DNA from: an uncultured Actinomycetota bacterium
GTDB taxonomy: Bacteria > Actinomycetota > Actinomycetes > JAFAQI01
Reading direction: 5' to 3'
Length of the DNA stretch: 64,000 nt
NCBI GenBank assembly: GCA_963770565.1
Contig: CAVYQE010000001.1
Span: 1,280,001 to 1,344,000, forward strand
Of the stretch, positions 43,081 to 57,829 are shown one piece after another (the first letter of the stretch is position 1; each line of letters begins with the position of its first letter). A model generated the notes under the pieces. It did not search any database. It was given only the letters and a program-made list of their open reading frames with translations, and was not told the DNA's origin. The position numbers and the translations under genes were made by a program.

Positions 43081-43722
43081 ATGACGCCATCGGCGGGGCG
43101 GCAGGGCATGATCGCGGTCGTCCCGGGCGTCGTCGTCGGGGTCGTGGTGGCGCTCACTGTCCGCGCCGGCCTCGGCCCGCTCGCGGGTTACGACGCGGCG
43201 GCGCTGTTCTACGTCGCGCGGGTGTGGCACACGATCTGGCCACTCGACGCGAAGCAGACCTCCGCGCTCGCGGCCCGCGAGGATCCACACCGGCCGGCCG
43301 CGGACGCCGTACTGCTGCTGGCCGCGGTCGCCAGCCTGGTCGCCGTCGCGGTCGTCATCGTGCGGTCGCATTCAAGTCACGGGGCGATCCAGCGATTCGA
43401 GATCACCCTCAGCGTCGCGTCGGTGGTCATCTCGTGGCTCCTGGTGCACACGATCTTCACGCTGAAGTACGCCCGGCTGTACTACCGCGGGGGAGCCGCG
43501 CACGATGAGGGGGGCGTCGACTTCGAGCACAATGTCCGCCCGCCGTACTCCGACTTCGCCTACATCGCTTTCACCGTCGGCATGACCTTTCAGGTGTCCG
43601 ACACCGACCTGCAGACCGCCGAGTTCCGGCGGCTGGCCTTGCGCCACGCCCTGGTGTCCTACCTGTTCGGCGCCGTGATCCTCGCCGCCACGATCAACCT
43701 GATCGCCGGCCTCGCCGGCTGA
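43081..43722 (+). CDS. DUF1345 membrane protein
   Basis: YSDFAYIAFTVGMTFQVSDT, HALVSYLFG; start uncertain. Confidence 0.85.
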   Translation: MTPSAGRQGMIAVVPGVVVGVVVALTVRAGLGPLAGYDAAALFYVARVWHTIWPLDAKQTSALAAREDPHRPAADAVLLLAAVASLVAVAVVIVRSHSSHGAIQRFEITLSVASVVISWLLVHTIFTLKYARLYYRGGAAHDEGGVDFEHNVRPPYSDFAYIAFTVGMTFQVSDTDLQTAEFRRLALRHALVSYLFGAVILAATINLIAGLAG

Positions 43723-43856
43723 TCGCGCCAGGAATCGCTGGTCTCCGGCACGTGGTTCGCAACCGCTTGCTAGAGTTTGCACTCAGCTCGGCTGGCACTG
43801 ACGACAGCGGAGCGTGAGATCGCAGACTCCCTACCGCTGGAGGTCGGCCGCCGGCC

Positions 43857-44651
43857 ATGAATGTCGTCGTGTGCGTGAAGCAGGTGCCCGACACCTGGGC
43901 TGAGAAGAAGCTCAGCGACTCGGACAAGACCGTCGACCGCGAAGGCGTCGAGGGCGTCATGAACGAGCTCGACGAGTACGCGATCGAAGAAGCGCTGCGG
44001 ATCAAAGAAGCGCTCGCGGCCTCGGGCGGCACCGGTGAGGTCACCGTCTTGACCATGGGTCCGGAGAAGGCGGTCGAGACGATTCGCAAGGCGCTGTCGA
44101 TGGGTGTCGACAAGGCGATCCACGTCGTCGACGACGGCCTGCACGGATCGGACGCGCTCGGGACGTCGTACGCGCTGGCCAAGGCGCTCGGAACGGTGCC
44201 GTTCGACCTGGTCCTGCTCGGGGTCGAGTCGACCGACGCGCGGATGAGCGTGGTGCCGGCGATGCTCGCCGAACGGCTCGGTGCGGCGCAGCTGACGTTC
44301 GCGCGCAAGGTCGAGGTCGGCGACGGCACGGTGAAGATCGAGCGCCAGACCGACGCCGGTTACGACGTGGTCGAGGCCGCAACACCGGCCGTCGTCTCGG
44401 TCGTCGAGAAGATCAACGAGCCGCGCTACCCGTCGTTCAAGGGGATCATGGCGGCCAAGAAGAAGCCGCTCACCACCCTGACCCTCGCCGACGCCGGGAT
44501 CGAGGCCGGCAAGGTCGGCCTGGCCGGGTCCGGCTCCGAGGTGCTCGAGTTCTCCGCCCGCCCGCCGAAGGCCGCCGGCCAGATCGTCAAGGACGAGGGT
44601 GACGGCGGTATCAAGCTGGCCGAGTTCCTCGCCGCGCAGAAGATCATCTGA
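43857..44651 (+). CDS. etfB: Electron transfer flavoprotein beta subunit
   Basis: CVKQVPD, DEYAIEEAL, INEPRYPS. Confidence 0.95.
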   Translation: MNVVVCVKQVPDTWAEKKLSDSDKTVDREGVEGVMNELDEYAIEEALRIKEALAASGGTGEVTVLTMGPEKAVETIRKALSMGVDKAIHVVDDGLHGSDALGTSYALAKALGTVPFDLVLLGVESTDARMSVVPAMLAERLGAAQLTFARKVEVGDGTVKIERQTDAGYDVVEAATPAVVSVVEKINEPRYPSFKGIMAAKKKPLTTLTLADAGIEAGKVGLAGSGSEVLEFSARPPKAAGQIVKDEGDGGIKLAEFLAAQKII

Positions 44652-44670
44652 GACAGGAGTACGACGTCAC

Positions 44671-45624
44671 ATGGCTGAGGTCCTCGTTCTGGTCGAGCAC
44701 GTCGATGGGACGCCGAAGAAGGTCACCCTCGAGCTGCTGACTCTCGCCCGCTCGCTGGGTGAGCCGTCCGCCGTCTTCGTCGGCGCTGGCTATGACAACG
44801 CGAAAGCGGTGCTCGCCGAGTACGGCGCGCAGAAGGTCTACATCGCCGGTGATGCCGACCTCGACTCATACCTGGTCGCGCCGAAGGCCGAGGTGCTGGC
44901 CCAGGTGGTCGGGTCCTCGTCGCCGGCCGCGGTGCTGATCCCGAGCTCTCCGGAAGGCAAGGAGATCGCCGCTCGCCTCGCGGTCAAGATCGACTCCGGC
45001 ATCGTCACCGACGCGGTCGGTGTCGGCGACGGATTCGTCGCGGACCAGTCGATCTTCGGTGGCTCCTACACGGTCAAGTCGCGGGTCAGCCGAGGTACGC
45101 CGATCATCACGGTCCGGCCGAACTCCACCGCGCCGGAGCCGGCGCCCGCACAGCCGGCCGAGGAGCAGGTATCCGTCACGTTGTCCGACGCCGCCACCAA
45201 GGCCAAGGTGCTCGACCGGGTCAGCGAGAAGAAGGGCGGCCGGCCCGAGCTCACCGAGGCATCGATCGTCGTCTCCGGCGGCCGCGGCCTCGGCGGCGGC
45301 GAGAACTTCGCGCTGATCGAGAAGCTGGCCGACTCCCTCGGTGCTGCCGTCGGTGCCTCGCGGGCCGCCACCGACGCCGGGTGGTACCCACACCAGAACC
45401 AGGTCGGCCAGACCGGCAAGACCGTCTCCCCGCAGCTCTACGTCGCGGTCGGCATCTCCGGCGCGATCCAGCACCGGGCCGGCATGCAGACCTCGAAGAC
45501 GATCGTCGCGATCAACAAGGACTCCGAGGCACCGATCTTCGACCTGGTCGACTTCGGCGTGGTGGGCGACCTGTTCGACGTCGTCCCGCAGCTGACCGAG
45601 CAGATCGAAGCCCGCAAGGGCTGA
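44671..45624 (+). CDS. etfA: Electron transfer flavoprotein alpha subunit
   Basis: [27 protein letters not shown]. Confidence 0.95.
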   Translation: MAEVLVLVEHVDGTPKKVTLELLTLARSLGEPSAVFVGAGYDNAKAVLAEYGAQKVYIAGDADLDSYLVAPKAEVLAQVVGSSSPAAVLIPSSPEGKEIAARLAVKIDSGIVTDAVGVGDGFVADQSIFGGSYTVKSRVSRGTPIITVRPNSTAPEPAPAQPAEEQVSVTLSDAATKAKVLDRVSEKKGGRPELTEASIVVSGGRGLGGGENFALIEKLADSLGAAVGASRAATDAGWYPHQNQVGQTGKTVSPQLYVAVGISGAIQHRAGMQTSKTIVAINKDSEAPIFDLVDFGVVGDLFDVVPQLTEQIEARKG

Positions 45625-45682
45625 GCCCGACCCGCGTTATTGCGGAGGTTGCTGTCGCAATCAGCACGTAGGCTGACCCGCG

Positions 45683-46864
45683 ATGGCCTATCTCGACCAC
45701 GCGGCTACTACGCCGATGCTGCCGCAGGCGGTCGACCTGATGTCCGAGTTGCTCGGACAGGTCGGCAACGCCTCGTCGTTGCATGCCACCGGGCGGCGGG
45801 CCCGCCGGGTGGTCGAGGAGTCCCGCGAGACCGTGGCCGACGCCCTCGGCGCGCGGCCGAGCGAAGTGGTGTTCACCAGCGGTGGCACCGAGAGCGACAA
45901 CCTCGCGCTCAAGGGCCTGTACTGGACCCGGGTGGCCGCCGACGACCGTCGCCGCAAGGTGCTGGTGAGTGCGGTCGAGCACCACGCCGTGCTCGACTCC
46001 GCGGTCTGGCTGGCCGAGCACGAGCACGCCGAGCTGGTCGTGCTGCCGGTCGACGCCAGCGGACGGCTCCGGCTCGACGCGATGCGCGAGACGATCGCGG
46101 CCGCCCCGCACGAGGTCGCGCTGGCCAGCGTCATGTGGGCCAACAACGAGGTCGGCACGGTGCAGCCGGTCGCTGAGCTGGCGGCGATCGCCGCCGAGTA
46201 CGACGTGCCGGTGCACACCGACGGCGTCCAGGCGCTCGGTGCGCTGGAGGTCGACTTCAGCGCGAGCGGGGTCGCTGCCCTGACCGTGACCGGGCACAAG
46301 GTCGGCGGGCCGGTCGGGGTCGGCGCCCTCATCATTGGCCGGGACGTCGACTGCGTGCCGATCCTGCACGGCGGCGGCCAGGAGCGCGACGTGCGGTCCG
46401 GCACCCTCGACGTACCCGGGGTGGCAGCCTTCGCCCTCGCCGTCCAGCTTGCGGTCAAGGAGCAGGCCGAACGCGCCGCCCGGCTGCGCGAGCTGCGCGC
46501 CGATCTCGTCCGCCGCGTGCTCGAGGTGGTCCCGGACGCCCAGCTCAACGGTGACCGGTCGCTGTCCGCGGCCGGCCGGCTGCCGGGCAATGCGCACTTC
46601 TCCTTCCCGGGGTGCGAGGGCGACGCGTTGCTCATGCTGCTCGACGCCCGCGGGGTCGAGTGCTCGACCGGATCCGCCTGCTCGGCCGGCGTGGCCAGGC
46701 CGAGTCACGTGCTGCTGGCGATGGGCCACGCCGAGGACCGGGCGAAGTCCTCGCTGCGGTTCTCGCTCGGCCATTCCTCAACCGCCGCCGACGTCGACGA
46801 GCTGGTCGCGGCGATCGGCCCGGCGGTCGAGCGCGCGCGGTCGGCCCGGCGGGTCGCATCGTGA
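45683..46864 (+). CDS. iscS: Cysteine desulfurase
   Basis: [26 protein letters not shown]; adjacent to mnmA. Confidence 0.9.
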   Translation: MAYLDHAATTPMLPQAVDLMSELLGQVGNASSLHATGRRARRVVEESRETVADALGARPSEVVFTSGGTESDNLALKGLYWTRVAADDRRRKVLVSAVEHHAVLDSAVWLAEHEHAELVVLPVDASGRLRLDAMRETIAAAPHEVALASVMWANNEVGTVQPVAELAAIAAEYDVPVHTDGVQALGALEVDFSASGVAALTVTGHKVGGPVGVGALIIGRDVDCVPILHGGGQERDVRSGTLDVPGVAAFALAVQLAVKEQAERAARLRELRADLVRRVLEVVPDAQLNGDRSLSAAGRLPGNAHFSFPGCEGDALLMLLDARGVECSTGSACSAGVARPSHVLLAMGHAEDRAKSSLRFSLGHSSTAADVDELVAAIGPAVERARSARRVAS

Positions 46865-46874
46865 CGAGTACGCC

Positions 46875-47936
46875 GTGAAGGTGCTCGCCGCGATGTCGGG
46901 CGGGGTCGACTCGGCGGTCGCCGCGGCACGCGCGGTCGACGCCGGCCACGACGTCACCGGGGTGCACCTGGCGCTGTCGCAAACCCCGGCCTCGCATCGC
47001 GACGGCGCGCGCGGCTGCTGCTCGCTGGAGGACTCACGCGACGCACGCCGGGCCGCCGATGTGCTCGGCATCCCGTTCTACGTCTGGGACGTCGCCGAGC
47101 GGTTCAGCCGGGACGTGATCGACGACTTCGTCGCCGAGTACGCCGCCGGCCGCACGCCGAACCCTTGCGTGCGCTGCAACGAGCGGATCAAGTTCGCGGC
47201 GGTGCTCGACCGAGCCCTCGCGCTCGGCTTCGACGCGGTCTGCACCGGTCACTACGCGCGGATCGTCGACGGCCGGCTGCATCGCGCGGTCGACTCCGGC
47301 AAGGACCAGTCCTACGTGCTTGCGGTGTTGCGCCCCGATCAGATCGCCGCGGCGATGTTCCCGCTCGGCGACTCGCTGAAGGCCAGCGTGCGGGCCGAGG
47401 CGGCCGCCCGGGGGCTCGCAGTCGCCGCCAAGCCGGACAGCCACGACATCTGCTTCATCCCCTCGGGCGACACCACCGGCTGGCTGCGCGACCGGCTCGG
47501 TGCGGCGCCCGGAGAGGTGGTCGACTCCACCGGTGAGGTGGTCGGGGAGCACGACGGCACCTACGGCTTCACCGTCGGTCAGCGCCGCGGCCTGGCGTTG
47601 TCGACCCCCGCGGCTGACGGCCGCCCGCGCTACGTCCTGTCGGTGTCACCGGTCGAGCGCACGGTCACGGTCGGTCCGATCGAGGCGCTCGAGGTTTCCC
47701 GGGTGGTCTGCGGATCGCCGACCTGGTGCGGCGAGCCGCCGCCGCTGCCGTTGGCGGCCGCGCACGTCCAGGTGCGCGCCCATGGCGACCCGATCGCCGG
47801 CCGGGTCGAGCTGGTCGACGGCTCGCTCGTCGCGGCCGTTGACGGAGGCCTGCGCGGGGTCGCCCCCGGTCAGACCCTGGTCGTCTATGCCGGCGACGAG
47901 GTGCTCGGCTCGGCCACGATCGACCGTGCCGCCTAG
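46875..47936 (+). CDS. mnmA: tRNA 2-thiouridine(34) synthase
   Basis: [31 protein letters not shown]. Confidence 0.96.
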   Translation: MKVLAAMSGGVDSAVAAARAVDAGHDVTGVHLALSQTPASHRDGARGCCSLEDSRDARRAADVLGIPFYVWDVAERFSRDVIDDFVAEYAAGRTPNPCVRCNERIKFAAVLDRALALGFDAVCTGHYARIVDGRLHRAVDSGKDQSYVLAVLRPDQIAAAMFPLGDSLKASVRAEAAARGLAVAAKPDSHDICFIPSGDTTGWLRDRLGAAPGEVVDSTGEVVGEHDGTYGFTVGQRRGLALSTPAADGRPRYVLSVSPVERTVTVGPIEALEVSRVVCGSPTWCGEPPPLPLAAAHVQVRAHGDPIAGRVELVDGSLVAAVDGGLRGVAPGQTLVVYAGDEVLGSATIDRAA

Positions 47937-47945
47937 AGGATCCCG

Positions 47946-48485
47946 ATGACCAGGTACGCCGTACTTCTGCGCGGGGTCAACGTCGGCGGTCACAACAAGG
48001 TGCCGATGGGCCGGCTCCGCGAGCTCGCGGTCGAGGCCGGCTATGGCGAGGTGTCGACGTACGTCCAGAGCGGCAACCTGGTGCTGACCGCCGAGCGGGC
48101 CAAAGCGGCCGACGTCGAGCGGGCGATCGCGCAGGCGTTGCAGCGCGACCTCGGGCTGGACATCGAGGTGATGGCCCGAAGTCGTGACGAGCTGGCCGCG
48201 GTGATCGGCGCGAACCCGTTTCACTCCTACGTCGACGAGCCGACCACCGTGCACGTCAGCTTCCTCGGCGGTCACCCGGCGGCGGACAAGGCGAAGGCAC
48301 TCGATCACGAGGAGTTCGTCCCGGAGCGCTTCGCACTCGGTGACCGTTGTCTCTACTTCTATTGCCCCGGCGGCTCGGGTCGGTCGAAGATGGCGGCCGC
48401 GCCCTGGGACCGGCGACTGGGTGTCCGCGGCACCAGCCGGAACTGGCGAACCGTGACGACCCTGCTCGACCTGCTTGACGGCTAG
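47946..48485 (+). CDS. DUF1697 protein
   Basis: LLRGVNVGG, TYVQSGN, TSRNWRTV. Confidence 0.88.
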   Translation: MTRYAVLLRGVNVGGHNKVPMGRLRELAVEAGYGEVSTYVQSGNLVLTAERAKAADVERAIAQALQRDLGLDIEVMARSRDELAAVIGANPFHSYVDEPTTVHVSFLGGHPAADKAKALDHEEFVPERFALGDRCLYFYCPGGSGRSKMAAAPWDRRLGVRGTSRNWRTVTTLLDLLDG

Positions 48486-48516
48486 ACCGTCACTGGTCGC
48501 CACTACGCTCGGCGCT

Positions 48517-51620
<3,104 letters not shown>

Positions 51621-51716
51621 GCGTGGTGGGCGCCCGCCCGCCTCAAGATTCGCCCTTTTCTGTCGATCTTCGCGGAGACAGGACTCGTCTCAGACCCCGA
51701 TGACGGAAGAGGTGAC

Positions 51717-53822
51717 ATGACCTCGCACGACGAGGCACGCAATGTCGCCCCGCCCGCTGCCGAGTACGCCTTCTGGGCCTACCTCAGCGTCGTCACGGTC
51801 GCCGGATTCGGGTTGCTCGTCTGGCAGCTGACCCAGATCCACTCCGGCGACCTGAAGTTCATGGGCAGCGCCTTCATCATCATCGCGGTGATGGTCGTGA
51901 TCGGCGAGGTGCGTCCCCTGGTGATCGCGGGGACTGGCGACGTGACCGGGGTCACGACCTCGACCGCATTTACGTTCGCACTCCTGCTGCATGCCGGGCT
52001 GCCGATCGCCCTGGTCCTGCAGGGCTGTGCCACCGTGGCCGCCGCGGTCGCCTATCGGCGCGCGGTTTGGCGGACCGCCTTCAACGTCGCGCAGTTCTCG
52101 TTGTCCTATGCCGCCGCTGACGTGGTCTTGTTCCTGTGCGGCCGGCACGCCTCGCTCGGCCACATGCTGGGTGTCACCGGCGACGACCTGCCGGCGATCG
52201 CGCTGGCCGCCGGGATCTACTTCGTGATCAACAACACGTTCGTGTCGGCTGCGCTGGCGCTGAAGCATCGCACCTCGCTACGTCACGAGTTCTTCGCGGA
52301 CTTCGGATTCCAGGTGCTCTCGAACGCGGCCCTGCTCGGCCTCGCGCCGATCGTCGTCGTCGTGGTCGACGCCAGCTCCGCCATGGTGCCGCTGCTGCTG
52401 TTCCCGCTGGCCGCGGTCTACGCCACCGCCGCGATGATGCGCGCCCGTGAACGCGAGAGCATGCACGACCTGCTGACCGGGCTACCCAACCGCAACCTGA
52501 TGATCGACCGCACCGCCGAGGCGGTCAGCGTGGCCGCAGAGGCCGGCCAGCACGTCGCACTGTTCCTGCTCGACCTCGACCGGTTCAAGGAGATCAACGA
52601 CACCCTCGGCCACCGGGTCGGCGACGAGTTGCTCCAGCTGGTCGGCCGCCGGCTCACCGCCGCGCTCCGCCCGGACGACGTGATCGGCCGGCTCGGCGGC
52701 GACGAGTTCGCGATGCTGGTACCGAACCTCGAGGACCCGAGATCGGCGGTCGATCTGGCCGAGCGGGTCCGGATGTCGCTGGTCGAGCCGTTCCACTACG
52801 ACGGGCTGTCGCACGAGATCGACGGGTCGATCGGGATCGCGATCTACCCGGCCCACGGATCGGACTTCGAGACCCTGCTGCAGCGGGCCGACGTCGCGAT
52901 GTACGTCGCCAAATCGCGCGGCACCGGGGTCCAGCTCTACTCCACCGAGATCGACCGGCACTCGACGGTCCGGCTGAGCATGCTGGCGGAGCTTCGGACC
53001 GCGCTCGAGAACAACGACCTCGAGCTGCACTACCAGCCCAAGTCGGACCTGCGCACCGGTGACGTGGTCGGGGTCGAGGCACTGCTGCGGTGGCGTCATC
53101 CCGATCGCGGCCTGATCCAGCCGGACGACTTCCTGCCGTTGGCCGCGCAGACCGGGCTGATGCGGCTGATCACCAAGTTCGCGCTCGAGGAGACCCTTCG
53201 CCAGCTCTCGGTGTGGTGGCGGATGGGGATCCGCGTGCACGCCGCGGTCAACGTGACCGCCCTCGACCTCTACGACCGCGGCTTCGCCGAGTTGCTACAA
53301 CGCACGATCGAGAAGTACGACGTACCGCCGCGAGCACTGATGATCGAGGTCACGGAGAGCGTCCTGATGGCCGACCCGGCGCGAGCCGCCTCGACCCTGC
53401 TCTCGGTGGCCGGGCTCGGCGTCGGGGTCTCCCTCGACGACTTCGGCACCGGCTACTCCTCGTTGGTCCACCTCAAGCGGCTGCCGGTCACCGAAGTCAA
53501 GATCGACCGCTCGTTCGTCATGCGGATGGACGTCAACGAAGACGACGCCGCGATCGTCCGCTCGATCATCGAGCTGGCCAGTGCACTCGGCCTGCGCACC
53601 GTCGCCGAGGGCGTCGAGACCCGGGAGGCCTGGGACCGGCTCGCGGTCTTCGGCTGTGACGCGGCCCAGGGCTGGTATCTCGCCAAGGCGATGCCGGCCG
53701 ACGTGGCCACCGAGTGGTTGCAGAACGTCCGGCACGTCGGCTCGAGCCCGGCCGCCGAGACCCGGACCCGCCGCAGCGGGCGAACCGCCGCGCTCGGCGT
53801 CGTCGCCCGCGTCGCCGAGTAG
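51717..53822 (+). CDS. Membrane-bound GGDEF-EAL c-di-GMP enzyme (RmdB-like position)
   Basis: Multi-TM N-terminus, RPDD I-site + GGDEF, EALLRW, DDFGTGYSS. Confidence 0.93.
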   Translation: MTSHDEARNVAPPAAEYAFWAYLSVVTVAGFGLLVWQLTQIHSGDLKFMGSAFIIIAVMVVIGEVRPLVIAGTGDVTGVTTSTAFTFALLLHAGLPIALVLQGCATVAAAVAYRRAVWRTAFNVAQFSLSYAAADVVLFLCGRHASLGHMLGVTGDDLPAIALAAGIYFVINNTFVSAALALKHRTSLRHEFFADFGFQVLSNAALLGLAPIVVVVVDASSAMVPLLLFPLAAVYATAAMMRARERESMHDLLTGLPNRNLMIDRTAEAVSVAAEAGQHVALFLLDLDRFKEINDTLGHRVGDELLQLVGRRLTAALRPDDVIGRLGGDEFAMLVPNLEDPRSAVDLAERVRMSLVEPFHYDGLSHEIDGSIGIAIYPAHGSDFETLLQRADVAMYVAKSRGTGVQLYSTEIDRHSTVRLSMLAELRTALENNDLELHYQPKSDLRTGDVVGVEALLRWRHPDRGLIQPDDFLPLAAQTGLMRLITKFALEETLRQLSVWWRMGIRVHAAVNVTALDLYDRGFAELLQRTIEKYDVPPRALMIEVTESVLMADPARAASTLLSVAGLGVGVSLDDFGTGYSSLVHLKRLPVTEVKIDRSFVMRMDVNEDDAAIVRSIIELASALGLRTVAEGVETREAWDRLAVFGCDAAQGWYLAKAMPADVATEWLQNVRHVGSSPAAETRTRRSGRTAALGVVARVAE

Positions 53823-53882
53823 ACCGCCCGCGCCGAATAAACCAGCAGGCCACCGATCGGGGTGCGCCCTAGGATCGTCGGC

Positions 53883-54179
53883 GTGCCCGAGATCACCCGC
53901 GCCGACGTCGCGCACCTGGCGAGGCTGGCCCGGATCACCATGTCCGATGCCGAGCTCGACGCGATGGCCGGTCAGCTCGAGGTGATCCTCGGCGCGGTCA
54001 GCCGGGTGCAGGAGGTGGCGGCCGGTGACATCCCGCCGACCTCCCACGCCGTACCGCTGACCAACGTCCTGCGGCCCGATGCTCTCGCGCCGTGCCTCAC
54101 CGCGGCCGAGGCGCTGGCAGCAGCGCCGGCCAGCGAGGACGACCGGTTCCGGGTGCCACGAATCCTGGACGAGGAATGA
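53883..54179 (+). CDS. gatC: Asp/Glu-tRNA amidotransferase subunit C
   Basis: [21 protein letters not shown]. Confidence 0.95.
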   Translation: MPEITRADVAHLARLARITMSDAELDAMAGQLEVILGAVSRVQEVAAGDIPPTSHAVPLTNVLRPDALAPCLTAAEALAAAPASEDDRFRVPRILDEE

Positions 54180-55647
54180 CCGACCTCGTCCGGCAGACCG
54201 CTGCTGAGCTGGCGCGCCTCATCGCGGCCGGCGAGACCTCGGCGGTCGAGGTGGCCCAGGCCCACCTCGACCGGATCGCCGAGGTCGACGAGCGGCTCCA
54301 TGCGTTCCTCCACGTCGACACCGAAGGCGCCCTGGCGCAGGCGCGACGGGTCGACGCCGGTGAGCTCAGCGGCCCGCTCGCTGGTGTGCCGCTCGGGCTC
54401 AAGGACATCGTGGTCACCCGCGGCGTCCCGACTACGGCCGGATCGCGAATCCTGGAAGGCTGGATCCCGCCGTACGACGCCACGATCGTCGAGAAGATGC
54501 ACGCCGCGGGCATCGTCATCCTCGGCAAGACCAACATGGACGAGTTCGCGATGGGCAGCTCGACCGAGCACTCGGCGTACGGCCCGGCGCACAACCCCTG
54601 GGACCTCACCCGCACGCCCGGCGGGTCCGGCGGCGGCTCGAGCGCCGCGGTCGCCGGCTATCTCGCCCCGCTCGGGATCGGCACCGACACCGGCGGGTCG
54701 ATCCGGCAGCCGGCTGCGGTCACCGGCACGGTGGGAGCCAAGCCGACGTACGGCGGGGTCTCCCGCTACGGCCTGATCGCGTTCAGCTCCTCGCTCGACC
54801 AAGCCGGGCCGTGCGCCCGCACGGTGCTCGACGCCGCCCTGCTCCACGCCGTGATCGCCGGCCACGACCCGCGCGACTCGACCTCGATCGACGCCCCGGT
54901 CCCGCCGGTCGTGGAAGCGGCGCGGTCGGGCGACGTCGCCGGAATGCGGGTGGGCGTCGTCCGGGAGTTCGCCGGCGAGGGCTACCAAGCCGGCGTGACC
55001 GCCCGGTTCGACGAGGCGGTCGCCGTGCTCGGCTCGCTGGGCGCCGATGTCGTCGAGGTGTCCTGCCCCCACTTCGACTACGCCCTCGCCGCCTACTACC
55101 TGATCGCGCCGGCCGAGGCCTCGAGCAACCTGGCTCGCTACGACGCCATGCGCTACGGGCTGCGGGTCGGCGACGACGGCACCGCGTCCGCCGAGGAGGT
55201 GATGGCCGCGACCAGGGCGGCCGGCTTCGGCGCCGAGGTCAAGCGGCGGATCATCCTCGGCACCTACGCCCTGTCGGCGGGCTACTACGACGCCTACTAC
55301 GGCCAGGCGCAGAAGGTTCGCACCCTGATCACCCGCGACTTCGAGGCCGCGTTCGGCCAGGTCGACGTCCTGGTCTCGCCCACCACCCCGACCACCGCGT
55401 TCACGCTCGGCGAGCGGCTCGACGACCCGCTGGCGATGTATCTCGCCGACCTCTGCACCATCCCGTCGAACCTCTACGGCGGCCCGGCCGCCTCGGTGCC
55501 GTGCGGCGTTGTCCGACGACGGCCTCCCGGTCGGACTGCAGATCATGGCGCCGGTGATGGCCGACGACCGGATCTACCGGGTCGGCAGCCGCGGTCGAAC
55601 GCGCCCTGCATACCGACACGCTGCTGCTCCAGGTCACGACTGGATAG
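54176..55647 (+). CDS. gatA: Asp/Glu-tRNA amidotransferase subunit A; two +1 frameshifts (55508, 55587)
   Basis: [34 protein letters not shown]; corrected tail [12 protein letters not shown]...YRVGAAVERAL ends at TAG 55645-55647. Confidence 0.93.
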
Positions 55648-55690
55648 CAAAATTGTCGCGACACAGCGTCGCTGGCGACAACGTTTGTTG
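55648..55690 (+). terminator. Putative intrinsic terminator or operator after gatA
   Basis: TTGTCGC...CAGCG-T-CGCTG...GCGACAA nested stems followed by TTTGTT. Confidence 0.45.
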
Positions 55691-55721
55691 CATGGAGCCA
55701 GGTCGTGGGATAAAAGACACT

Positions 55722-57640
55722 ATGACTCGCCGTAGCCCACGCCGCCTGTCTCGCCTCGTCCTCGCCGCCTTTCCGCGCTCGCTGTGGTCCTCGCCGCCTG
55801 CAGCTCGGGCTCGTCGGCGGGCAACAACAGCAACAACGGCGGCGGCAATACGAAGAAGACGACCGGCAGCACGAGCACGACCTTGGGGCAGTACGGCACC
55901 CTGCCGGCCCAGTCCGGTACGCCGACCCACACCGGGACCATCACCTACCCGATCATCGCGGGCTCGCAGCCGACCTACCTGATGCCGGTCTATCCCGGCT
56001 CGGCATGGACGGTTTACAACTACGACTTCCAGATCCTGATGGACCGCCCCCTCTACATGGAGAGCGTCGGCAACCGGCCGGTCATCAACTACCCGCTCTC
56101 GCTGGCCCCGGCACCGACCTACTCGAACGGCGACAAGACCGTCACGATCAACCTGAACCCTGCGTACAAGTGGTCAGACGGTCACTCGGTCGACGCCCAG
56201 GACGTGCTGTTCTTCATCGACGAGGTTCGTGCCGCGATCAAGGAGAACGCCTCCAACTTCGGGCCGTACACCACCGGCGACTTCCCGGACAACATCGTCA
56301 GCGCGACCGCGCCGTCGCCCCAGCAGGTCGTCCTCACGCTCAACCGCGCCTACAACCCCAGCTGGTTCACCGACACCCAGCTGGTCCTCGTCACGCCGAT
56401 GCCCTCCACCGCCTGGAACATCGCCAGCGCCGGTGGCCCGCACCTCGACTTCACCAAGCCGGCCAACGCCAAGAAGATCTATGACTACCTCGACGCGCAG
56501 TCCAAGAAGCTGTCGACCTACGCGACCAACCCGCTGTGGCAGGACGTGGATGGGCCGTTCAAGCTGACCGAGTTCAACACCACGACGGACGCGAACACGA
56601 TGGTTCCGAACCCGACGTACGGCGGCCCGCAGAAGGCGCAGTTCTCGCAGCTCAAGGCCGAGTATTTCGCCTCGTCGACCGCGGAGTTCAATGCGATGCT
56701 GGCCGGGAAGCTGACCCAGGGCGACGTGACGGCCGACGAGCTTCCGCAGGTCCCCCGGCTCAAGCAGGGCGGCTACAACGTCTACGGCTACCCCGACCTC
56801 GGCTTCTCCTACGCGGTGTTCAACTTCAAGGACACCACGAACCACTGGAACGACATCATCAACCAGCTCTACATCCGGCAGGCGCTGGCCCATCTGTCCG
56901 ACCAGGCCGCGATCATCCACGGTGCGTACAAGGACGCCGCCGCCCCGGCGTACGGTCCGGTGCCGGCCATCCCGGCCACCGCATATGTGCCGGCCAATGC
57001 CGCAACCAACCCATACCCCTACAGCATCTCGGCGGCCAGCCAGCTGCTGAGCTCGCACGGCTGGCACGTGGTGCCGAACGGCACGACGACCTGCCAGAGC
57101 CCGGGGACCCGGCCGACCCAGTGCGGCAAGGGGATCCCGGCGGGCCAGAACCTCAACTTCACCGACTACTACGTCAATGACCCAGCCGCTGCGGGCCAGG
57201 AGACCACCCAATGGGCGTCTGCGGCGAAGCAGGTCGGCATCAACATCAACCCGGTCGCCAAGACCTTCAACTTCATTGTCGACCAGTACGACGACCCGGT
57301 CGCGCCGCAGAACAACAACAAGTGGCAGGCGGAGAACTTCGGCGGCTACACCGAGAACCCGTACCCCACCACGGACACCATCTTCAACACCGGTGGCAGC
57401 GGAAACGAGGGCTTCTACAGCAGCGCCGAGGCGGACCGGCTGATCAAGGCCTCGAAGTACAGCAACAACCCGAACGCGGTAAAGAACGAGGCGGCTTTCA
57501 TCACCAAGGACCTGCCGGGGATCTTCCTGCCCAACCAGGACCTGATCTTCGCCTGGAAGGGCATCTCCGGCCCGCCGGACACCTTCGCGACGCTCTCCCA
57601 GTACGGGTTCCTGCCGGAGTACTGGTATCTGACCAAATAG
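55722..57640 (+). CDS. Family-5 (Opp/Dpp) solute-binding lipoprotein 1; one base apparently missing near 55768
   Basis: LAAC lipobox, KWSDG..V.AQDV, GPFKL, IRQALA; adding one base gives signal [27 protein letters not shown]. Confidence 0.88.
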
Positions 57641-57829
57641 CCCCGGTTGAACCGGTTGGCTCCGGCAGCCGTAATTGTTTGGCTGTTGGGGCCGATTGGT
57701 AACGAATCTGCAGCAACAAGGGTGGTTTGACGTGGGGATTGTTGTCCAGATGGGATTCGTACGGTAAAACGTCACCAGCCCGCCGTCCGGCGGACACTCA
57801 GTGCCGCCCTCTCACCGGAGTCCGTGACC

